From the IMG/VR virus record IMGVR_UViG_3300027712_000017: a DNA stretch of 27,930 bases. One strand, 5' to 3'. Shown here in pieces: positions 18,472 to 24,573 of the stretch (positions are counted from its first letter, which is position 1; every line of letters begins with the position of its first letter). A model generated the notes under the pieces. That model was not told where the DNA came from. It saw only the letters and a list, made by a program, of their open reading frames with translations, and made no database searches. Source of the DNA: a virus (lineage: Duplodnaviria > Heunggongvirae > Uroviricota > Caudoviricetes). The position numbers and the translations under genes were made by a program.

Positions 18472-19338
18472 ATGGCTATTGAAATTAAGGTGCCGGTAGA
18501 AGAACTGCGTAAACGCAAACTATTTCTGGCAACCCCAATGTATGGTGGACAATGTGCGGGTATGTTTGCCCGTTCTGTCGCTGATTTGACTGCATTATGC
18601 ACTCACTATGGCATCGGTTTGCAGATGTATTTTCTGTTTAACGAGTCGTTGATTACTCGTGCTCGTAACTATTGCTGTGATGAATTTGTTCGCAGCGATT
18701 GCACTCACTTGATGTTTATCGACTCAGACATCGGGTTCAACCCACAAGACGTTATTGCAATGCTTGCAATGGCAGATGACCAATCTCCTTATGATATTAT
18801 CTCAGGACCTTATCCTAAGAAGTGCATTTCATGGGAAAAAGTCAAAATGGCAGTTGACAAAGGTTTTGCTGATGAAGATGCAAATAACCTTGACAAATTC
18901 GTCGGTGATTATGTCTTCAACCCAAAGAGTGGCGCGGGTTCAATACCGATCAATGAACCAGTTGAAGTTTTGGAATCAGGCACCGGGTTCATGATGATCC
19001 GCAAGAATACAATGCTTAAATTTGCAGAAGCATTCCCACAATATTACTATAAGCCAGATCATGTTCGCACAGAACACTTTGATGGCACTCGTGAGATCAT
19101 GCAATATTTCCAGGCAGAGATTGATCCGAAGTCGAAGCGTTATTTGTCAGAGGACTATTGGTTCTGTCAAAAGATTCAAGAGATTGGTTTGCAGAATTGG
19201 CTCTGCCCATGGATCAAGTTGCAGCACGTTGGCACTTATATCTTCGGCGGGTCTCTTGCTGATCTTGCTGCTGTTGGGGCATCAGCGACTGCAGATGGCG
19301 ATGCAATGATCAAGCAACGTTTGAAGAAAAAGAAGTAA
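18472..19338 (+). CDS. GT-A fold glycosyltransferase-like protein
   Basis: ATPMYGG, RARN, HLMFIDSDI (DxD), GTGFM, SEDYWFC, HVG. Confidence 0.7.
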   Translation: MAIEIKVPVEELRKRKLFLATPMYGGQCAGMFARSVADLTALCTHYGIGLQMYFLFNESLITRARNYCCDEFVRSDCTHLMFIDSDIGFNPQDVIAMLAMADDQSPYDIISGPYPKKCISWEKVKMAVDKGFADEDANNLDKFVGDYVFNPKSGAGSIPINEPVEVLESGTGFMMIRKNTMLKFAEAFPQYYYKPDHVRTEHFDGTREIMQYFQAEIDPKSKRYLSEDYWFCQKIQEIGLQNWLCPWIKLQHVGTYIFGGSLADLAAVGASATADGDAMIKQRLKKKK

Positions 19339-19356
19339 TTCAAAGGAAACTATATT

Positions 19357-20037
19357 ATGTCAGTTATGAAAATTGAACCAAAGACACTGAGCGTCATGAA
19401 GAACTTTTCTTCTATCAACCCGTCATTGTTGTTCAGGGCAAGTAATGTCCTGGCAACAGTTTCGCCAACAAAGAGCGTGCTTGCAAAAGCACGCATCGAC
19501 CAAACCTTCGAAAAGCAGTTTGCTATCTTCGACCTATCACGTTTCATTGGTGTCATGACTTTGTTTGACAATCCAGATCTTGAATTTGGCGACAAATCAG
19601 TTTGTATGAAAAGCGATGGCCGTGAACTAGAATACCGATATGCAGACGTCAATACGATTATTGTTCCCCCAGAAAAAGATCTCGTATTGCCTTCCATTGA
19701 TGTTGAGTTCATATTGAGTGCAGTTCACCTTGCTGATGTTCAGCGTGCATTAGGTGCATTAGGTATGCCTGAAATCGCAGTCGCAGGTGATCGTGATGAT
19801 CTGTGGTTGCAAGTCACTGACAGTAAGAATCTGAATGGTGACAGTTTCAGAATCAAAGTAGGTAAAACTGACAAGAAGTTCCATCTAGTATTCAAAGCAG
19901 AGAACTTGAAGTTAATTTCGCAGGACTATAATGTGCAGATTACTTCAAAGGGTATGTCACACTTCAAAGGCAACACTGTCATTGACGTTGAATACTGGAT
20001 TGCACTAGAAGCAAAAGCAAGCAAATTCGAGGCTTGA
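19357..20037 (+). CDS. gp45: Sliding clamp (T4 gp45)
   Basis: KNFSSIN, FAIFDL..F, FKAENLK...Y, YWIALE. Confidence 0.92.
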   Translation: MSVMKIEPKTLSVMKNFSSINPSLLFRASNVLATVSPTKSVLAKARIDQTFEKQFAIFDLSRFIGVMTLFDNPDLEFGDKSVCMKSDGRELEYRYADVNTIIVPPEKDLVLPSIDVEFILSAVHLADVQRALGALGMPEIAVAGDRDDLWLQVTDSKNLNGDSFRIKVGKTDKKFHLVFKAENLKLISQDYNVQITSKGMSHFKGNTVIDVEYWIALEAKASKFEA

Positions 20038-20082
20038 CAAACAAGGGTGTAGCGTCTATGATGATGCTACACCTAACTTTTT
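20034..20082 (+). promoter_or_regulatory. Sigma70-like promoter whose -10 box lies in the loop of an 11-bp inverted repeat followed by a T run
   Basis: TTGACA-N17-TATGAT; GGTGTAGCGTC / GATGCTACACC flank the -10 box. Confidence 0.7.
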
Positions 20083-20102
20083 GATTGCATGGAGCATATA
20101 TT

Positions 20103-21044
20103 ATGAATACTGAATTTCTCTGGGTTGAAAAATATCGTCCTCACACTGTCGCAGAAACTATCCTTCCTGAGAAGGTGAAGCAAGCGTTTCAAACATTTGT
20201 TGATAAAAAAGATATTCCTAACATGATTCTATCAGGTAGTGCGGGTGTAGGTAAAACTACAATTGCTCGTGCCATGATTGAGGAGATCGGTGCTGATTGT
20301 CTTGTCATTAACGGATCGAATGAAGGTCGCTTGATCGACACTTTGCGTAATGAGATTACTAACTTCGCATCTAGTGTATCGTTCTCTGGTGGTCGCAAGT
20401 ATGTGATCCTTGATGAAGCAGATTACTTGAACCCGCAATCAGTACAACCTGCATTGCGTAACTTCATGGAAGAATTCTCGAATAACTGTGGATTCATTCT
20501 AACTTGTAACTACAAAAACAAAATCATTCAACCGCTGCATTCTCGTTGCTCAATTGTTGATTTCCGTCTTGCAAAAGAAGATCGTCAACCTATTGCACAA
20601 CAATTTTTGAAACGTATCAACTACATCCTTGATCAAGAAGGTATTCCTTTTGACAAGAAAGTTGTTGCAGAAGTTATGAAGCGTTACTTCCCTGATTGGC
20701 GTCGAGTGTTGAACGAACTACAACGCTATGCAGGAACAGGTGCTATTGATACTGGTATGCTGTCAGTCAATGTTGACTCGTCAGTAGAGAAACTAATTGA
20801 GATGATCAAGGATCGTAACTTCACAGGTGCTCGTAAGTGGATCGGTGAGAATCCTGAACTGACTTTTGACGAGTTCTGCGCTAAGTTGTATTCAGTTGCA
20901 TCAGAGAAGGTCACTACTGACAGCATACCTTCACTCGTGTATATCCTTGCGGATTACCAACACAAGGCAGCATTCGTCGTTAACCAGGAAGTCAACCTTG
21001 CTGCTTGCGTGGCACAGATCATGGGAGAGGTGACATTTAAATGA
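20103..21044 (+). CDS. gp44: Clamp loader large subunit (T4 gp44)
   Basis: LWVEKYRP, GSAGVGKTT, DEAD, LHSRC. Confidence 0.96.
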   Translation: MNTEFLWVEKYRPHTVAETILPEKVKQAFQTFVDKKDIPNMILSGSAGVGKTTIARAMIEEIGADCLVINGSNEGRLIDTLRNEITNFASSVSFSGGRKYVILDEADYLNPQSVQPALRNFMEEFSNNCGFILTCNYKNKIIQPLHSRCSIVDFRLAKEDRQPIAQQFLKRINYILDQEGIPFDKKVVAEVMKRYFPDWRRVLNELQRYAGTGAIDTGMLSVNVDSSVEKLIEMIKDRNFTGARKWIGENPELTFDEFCAKLYSVASEKVTTDSIPSLVYILADYQHKAAFVVNQEVNLAACVAQIMGEVTFK

Positions 21045-21232
21045 TGTTCAAATGCGGTTTATGTGAACGCACTCGGTTCGGGAAAAAGCATTACCTTCGT
21101 TATAGTGCTCTGAACGACCAAGGCATTCCTGAACAGTATACTATGAATATGTGTGAAAAATGTGCCACGGAGATGCAAAAACATGGTAAAAAACACGACA
21201 AAGCAGAAGACATCACCCCAACCGAAGACTGA
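21041..21232 (+). CDS. Small putative zinc-finger protein
   Basis: CGLC and CEKC pairs; overlaps gp44 stop. Confidence 0.55.
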   Translation: MMFKCGLCERTRFGKKHYLRYSALNDQGIPEQYTMNMCEKCATEMQKHGKKHDKAEDITPTED

Positions 21233-21632
21233 AGAAGCTCCGGTTGAAAAGAAGTTCGATGTGTTTACATTCGTAGGTGATATTTCAAAAGGTAAGAAGT
21301 ATCTTTTCTCGGAAGAAACTGCTGATAAGTATGATGCATATATCGTAAACAAAGCATTTTCATTGACTGCTGATACGATTCTATATGCTAATGATATGAA
21401 TCTTCATTACAATCTACCCAAACTTCTACAACATGATTATTTAATAAATAGTATTAGACCTAGAAGTCGATATGAGAAGTGGCCCAAAGCAGAGAAAAGC
21501 TCTGACATAGATGCAATCAAGGAATACTATAAGTATAGTGATGCAAAAGCACGGTCCGCTCTTTCAATATTAAGCAAAGGTCAACTTGCTATTATTAAAG
21601 AAAAATTAGAAAAGGGTGGAATAACTAAATGA
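21183..21632 (+). CDS. gp62: Clamp loader small subunit (T4 gp62)
   Basis: Y..YIVNKAFS, DTILYANDMN, KW.K, IKEYYKYS..KA; GGAG RBS. Confidence 0.9.
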   Translation: MVKNTTKQKTSPQPKTEEAPVEKKFDVFTFVGDISKGKKYLFSEETADKYDAYIVNKAFSLTADTILYANDMNLHYNLPKLLQHDYLINSIRPRSRYEKWPKAEKSSDIDAIKEYYKYSDAKARSALSILSKGQLAIIKEKLEKGGITK

Positions 21633-22027
21633 ACTTAATTGAAACACTTGTGGAGGTGAGAATCGGCGAGGAACAAGACTTCCTCAAGATCAAAGAAACA
21701 TTGACTCGTATCGGCGTAGCTTCTAGAAAAGACAACAAACTATATCAATCATGCCACATCCTGCACAAGCAGGGCAAGTACTATATCGTTCACTTCAAGG
21801 AACTATTTGCACTTGATGGCAAGCCTACTGACTTCTCTGACGAAGATAAAGGTAGACGCAACACTATCATCAACCTACTACAAGACTGGGATCTAGTCAA
21901 GGTTGTTGATGTAAGACAAATTGAAGACCCAAGAGCTGCTATGAGTCAGGTCAAGATCCTACCTCATAAGGACAAGGCTCAGTGGGAACTCGTAGCGAAA
22001 TACAACATCGGTCGCAAGAAGGTGTGA
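21629..22027 (+). CDS. regA: Translational repressor RegA
   Basis: DFLKIKETLTRIG, LYQSCHILHKQG.YYIVHFKELF.LDG. Confidence 0.96.
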   Translation: MNLIETLVEVRIGEEQDFLKIKETLTRIGVASRKDNKLYQSCHILHKQGKYYIVHFKELFALDGKPTDFSDEDKGRRNTIINLLQDWDLVKVVDVRQIEDPRAAMSQVKILPHKDKAQWELVAKYNIGRKKV

Positions 22028-22094
22028 TTTCCCGGTTGACATCTTTTCTCGAATATTCGATAAACAATGTAACGAAACAAAAGGGAACCACACA

Positions 22095-22304
22095 TTGAAA
22101 CAGAAGATCAAGATCGACACTCAGAAACTCCACAAGGTTGCATTCGGTATGGCAGAGATGGCGAAAGACTATCCTAACGACATGATTGCAAACAACTTAG
22201 CACGAGTGAGCGAAAAGGTAGCCGCATATGGTGCTGCGTGGAGTGAAAAACTTGACGAACTTGATATGAAAATTATTCGATTTTATTTGCAAAAAAGTGC
22301 TTGA
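22095..22304 (+). CDS. Hypothetical protein
   Basis: 69-codon ORF, TTG start with AAGGGA RBS, own promoter-like motif at 22036. Confidence 0.6.
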   Translation: MKQKIKIDTQKLHKVAFGMAEMAKDYPNDMIANNLARVSEKVAAYGAAWSEKLDELDMKIIRFYLQKSA

Positions 22305-22329
22305 CAATCGAAAAGAAATCATATATACA
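22301..22329 (+). promoter_or_regulatory. Sigma70-like promoter of the leader and tRNA array
   Basis: TTGACA-N17-TATACA. Confidence 0.65.
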
Positions 22330-22365
22330 TTAAGAACAACGAAACAAACAAAGGTTTTTGAAACA

Positions 22366-22443
22366 ATGCCGTCTTATCTTAACCAGATTGATAATATGAA
22401 AGAGGTCCGCTTTGGCGGCTTCGTTGGGGTTCTTTGTATGTGA
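22366..22443 (+). CDS. Putative attenuator leader peptide MPSYLNQIDNMKEVRFGGFVGVLCM
   Basis: 25-codon ORF between promoter and terminator; its 3' end forms the antiterminator arm. Confidence 0.6.
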   Translation: MPSYLNQIDNMKEVRFGGFVGVLCM

Positions 22444-22471
22444 CAGCACTTTGCTCACATGATCTAAGAAG

Positions 22472-22504
22472 AACCCCGGTATCCAGAAGGTCCCGGGGTT
22501 TTTT
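22472..22504 (+). terminator. Conditional Rho-independent terminator (attenuator)
   Basis: AACCCCGG ... CCGGGGTT plus TTTT; the 5' arm can alternatively pair with GGGGTTCTT at 22426-22434. Confidence 0.8.
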
Positions 22505-22592
22505 GTTGCGTTGACGAAAAAAGTGGTTGACATTATTTACCAAATAAACGATGTTGACAATGTAGGAACGAAGCGATGGCATCAATCTTCCT

Positions 22593-22605
22593 TGCTCTTT
22601 CAAAA
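22593..22605 (+). promoter_or_regulatory. rrn-type boxA antitermination element
   Basis: TGCTCTTTCAAAA versus E. coli rrn boxA TGCTCTTTAACA; just upstream of the tRNA array. Confidence 0.65.
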
Positions 22606-22652
22606 TTTAGAAACTTGTTCCTAGCGTAAGCGATGACGGAACTGGAAACAGT

Positions 22653-22748
22653 AACTCTGTTTTCACATGCATCCCGCAAATGAGGGTAGGCCTACCAACA
22701 CTTTGCTGAGATTAGTCCACTAGATGGGGTGCGTGTGTAAACAGAGTT
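22653..22748 (+). ncRNA. Unknown structured RNA closed by a ~22-bp stem
   Basis: AACTCTGTTT-T-CACATGCATCCC pairs with GGGGTGCGTGTG-T-AAACAGAGTT; internal GCAAA/TTTGC and GGTAG/CTACC stems. Confidence 0.65.
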
Positions 22749-22749
22749 T

Positions 22750-22824
22750 TGGGGAGTGGCCAAGTGGTAAGGCATCGCACTTTGAATGCGTGTACCGTAG
22801 GTTCGAATCCTACCTCCCCATCCA
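22750..22824 (+). tRNA. tRNA-Gln(TTG)
   Basis: Cloverleaf, loop CTTTGAA, GTTCGAATC, encoded CCA. Confidence 0.92.
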
Positions 22825-22828
22825 ATAT

Positions 22829-22936
22829 AACGACTAACATGTTGCAACGTGGTCAGAAATACATCAACAACTAAGATGGTTCGATTCCCAAGCTCTGGTG
22901 AGGCTCAGTTGAAGATATGATCTGTTTATAGTCGTT
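22829..22936 (+). ncRNA. Unknown T-loop-containing structured RNA
   Basis: AACGACTA/TAGTCGTT closing stem, TCAAC/GTTGA, internal GGTTCGATTCC. Confidence 0.5.
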
Positions 22937-22945
22937 CCCAATCAT

Positions 22946-23017
22946 GGCGTCTCTAAGCGGTTTAGACGGATCTCTCATAAGGATCTAGGGTGAGTTCAAC
23001 TCTCACAGACGCTACCA
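22946..23017 (+). tRNA. tRNA(CAT), Met or Ile2, with atypical shortened D-arm
   Basis: GGCGTCT/AGACGCT acceptor, loop CTCATAA, T-arm GTGAG/CTCAC, CCA. Confidence 0.75.
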
Positions 23018-23081
23018 AAAGAACGCTTGACATTATTTCGATAATATACGATAACGATTACATGATGAAAAGGAAGACGAC

Positions 23082-23240
23082 ATGATCCACACTGGAAACA
23101 TCAGCTACCTAAACAGCGTGCATCGTAAGTATGGTGTTTGGAAATACTATATGCACACACTGAAACAATGGTCGGACGGCAAATACACTGTCGAATTTAG
23201 GGAAAAAGAAGATGAAACGAAAACAGAAAGAACTTCCTAA
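23082..23240 (+). CDS. Small hypothetical protein (52 aa)
   Basis: AGGA RBS; MIHTGNISYL...ERTS; promoter-like motif at 23027. Confidence 0.5.
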   Translation: MIHTGNISYLNSVHRKYGVWKYYMHTLKQWSDGKYTVEFREKEDETKTERTS

Positions 23241-23376
23241 ACAACGCAATCCTTTCGTGGAGCATATGCGCTTCAAGGTTTGCGGTGCTCATGGGAAAAG
23301 CAAGAAGGTTCAACGCCGTGACGATAAGATGGCGCTGAAGCAAAATCACGAACCGGAGGCTACTGTTGGTTGGTAG
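23212..23376 (+). CDS. Small basic protein (54 aa, RNPF...GAHGKSKK) overlapping tRNA-Lys(TTT)
   Basis: MKRKQKELPKQRNPFVEHMRFKVCGAHGKSKKVQRRDDKMALKQNHEPEATVGW; stop codon lies inside the tRNA D-arm. Confidence 0.55.
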   Translation: MKRKQKELPKQRNPFVEHMRFKVCGAHGKSKKVQRRDDKMALKQNHEPEATVGW

Positions 23377-23438
23377 TGCCAGTCTTTTAAACTGATCCCG
23401 AAAGGGCATCGCGGGTTCAATTCCCGCCCGGTTCTCCA
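23350..23438 (+). tRNA. tRNA-Lys(TTT) with abnormal long variable arm
   Basis: GAACCGG/CCGGTTC acceptor, loop CTTTTAA, variable hairpin CCC-GAAA-GGG, T-arm GCGGG/CCCGC, T-CCA. Confidence 0.75.
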
Positions 23439-23540
23439 TTACTTTGATGATACACTGTCCGCAACAGGTCTTGATGGGGCAGCTTACGAGCAAGCCAAAG
23501 TGTAGGTGAAAGTCCTACCGCAGTGTATCTTCTAAGTAAT
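23438..23540 (+). ncRNA. Stem-enclosed RNA cassette, copy 1
   Basis: ATTACTTTGATGATACACT ... AGTGTATCTTCTAAGTAAT terminal stem; internal GTAGG-TGAAAGT-CCTAC hairpin. Confidence 0.65.
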
Positions 23541-23659
23541 AGAATTGACTGAGTTCAGTGGTTCTCGAGATAAACTGTTCCAGTTATTCGTCCGCCTGCT
23601 GTTCCCACCGTGGTAGGTCTAAAGTGACGTTAAGCATCTACAAGTTAACGGCGGGCCGT

Positions 23660-23750
23660 ATTACTTTGATGATACACTACAAGTGAGGCACATCCTTTAA
23701 ACCAAGCGGGTTTGAGTCCCGAGGCTAAAGTAGTGTATCTTCTAAGTAAT
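23660..23750 (+). ncRNA. Stem-enclosed RNA cassette, copy 2
   Basis: Same two 19-nt terminal arms as copy 1, different interior with CGGG-TTTGAGT-CCCG T-arm-like hairpin. Confidence 0.65.
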
Positions 23751-23825
23751 GCACCGGTAGTTCAGTGGTAGAACAGCGGACTCTTAATCCGCGTGTCGAG
23801 GGTTCAATCCCCTCCCGGTACACCA
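23751..23825 (+). tRNA. tRNA-Lys(CTT)
   Basis: Cloverleaf, GCGGA-CTCTTAA-TCCGC, CCA. Confidence 0.92.
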
Positions 23826-23953
23826 AAACGCGCCCTTTGACGTTGAAACAGACTAGGGTGATGGCGAATGATTCTCTCCAGTCCGGCCGGATAAACGGGA
23901 GACGTCTAAATAACCATCCGCTGCCGAACTGCGATAGTGTTCGGTGCAATTAT

Positions 23954-24028
23954 GTCTTGGTAGCTCAATGGTAGAGCGCCTGCCTGAAGAGCAGGGCGTA
24001 GGGAGTTCGATTCTCCCCCTCGACACCA
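23954..24028 (+). tRNA. tRNA-Phe(GAA)
   Basis: CCTGC-CTGAAGA-GCAGG, CCA; two acceptor mismatches. Confidence 0.88.
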
Positions 24029-24030
24029 GA

Positions 24031-24149
24031 ATTGGGTCTAGCATGGTGCTGCTGAAGAGAGTCATGACTCCGAGGCGAATGGAAAAAATATAGATTGCTG
24101 CTCATGACGCAGAATACAGTCTATAGGTTCGAAACCCCGCCCGATACCA
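24031..24149 (+). ncRNA. tRNA-like RNA (119 nt) with acceptor stem, T-loop and CCA but expanded interior
   Basis: ATTGGGT/GCCCGAT-A-CCA, GGTTCGAAACC, TAGATTG/CAGTCTA stem topped by CTGC-TCATGAC-GCAG. Confidence 0.5.
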
Positions 24150-24236
24150 ACTGTGTCAGATCCAGCTGCACATTAAAAGAATTTCTGGCTGAAATTTTCT
24201 CTTAACGCCTCTCGTAGAAGCGCAACAATAGAGTTT

Positions 24237-24311
24237 AGTCCTATAGCTCAGTGGTAGAGCAAAGAGCTGATAACTCTTAGGTCAGGTGTTCAATTCACCT
24301 TAGGACTACCA
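24237..24311 (+). tRNA. tRNA-Ile(GAT)
   Basis: AAGAG-CTGATAA-CTCTT, CCA. Confidence 0.92.
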
Positions 24312-24316
24312 AGTTT

Positions 24317-24407
24317 GGGGAGTGCAATAAGGCTAGGTGGTCCTAGCGGCAGGCTGTAACCCTGTCCCGGAAACGGCAAGAGGTTCGAATCCGTCCATTC
24401 CCCACCA
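24317..24407 (+). tRNA. tRNA-Tyr(GTA), atypical (8-bp acceptor, 6-bp D-stem with 4-nt loop)
   Basis: GGGGAGTG/CATTCCCC, GCTAGG-TGGT-CCTAGC, GCAGG-CTGTAAC-CCTGT, variable CCG-GAAA-CGG, CCA. Confidence 0.75.
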
Positions 24408-24413
24408 TAATAT

Positions 24414-24488
24414 GCGCCCATCGTCTATCGGCTAGGATAACAAACTTTCAATTTGTAGAGACGGGTTCAACTCCCGTTGGGTGTACCA
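24414..24488 (+). tRNA. tRNA-Glu(TTC)
   Basis: ACAAA-CTTTCAA-TTTGT, CCA. Confidence 0.9.
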
Positions 24489-24494
24489 ATTCAT

Positions 24495-24568
24495 ATTCTT
24501 GTCGTCTAATGTGAGGATACTATCTCGACACGATAGGGGCAATGGTTAGATTCCATTCAAGGATACCA
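24495..24568 (+). tRNA. tRNA-Val(GAC), atypical (C33, T-loop TTAGATT)
   Basis: ATTCTTG/CAAGGAT, CTATC-TCGACAC-GATAG, CCA. Confidence 0.65.
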
Positions 24569-24573
24569 ATAAT

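Noticed and set aside
22330-22603. Minus-strand ORFs across the attenuator
   Set aside because: No supporting RBS or motif; the region is better explained by + strand RNA structure.
22612-22652. Possible hammerhead ribozyme (CGATGA...GAAAC)
   Set aside because: The core lacks CUGANGA and stems I and II are not convincingly formed.
23476-23523. Resemblance to twister-sister ribozyme (GCAA and UGAAAGU loop)
   Set aside because: The P1 stem and GCUCA cleavage loop are not properly present; left to an Rfam scan.
23438-23750. CRISPR array or transposon inverted repeats
   Set aside because: Only two units, each self-complementary end to end; no cas or transposase gene and no target-site duplication seen.
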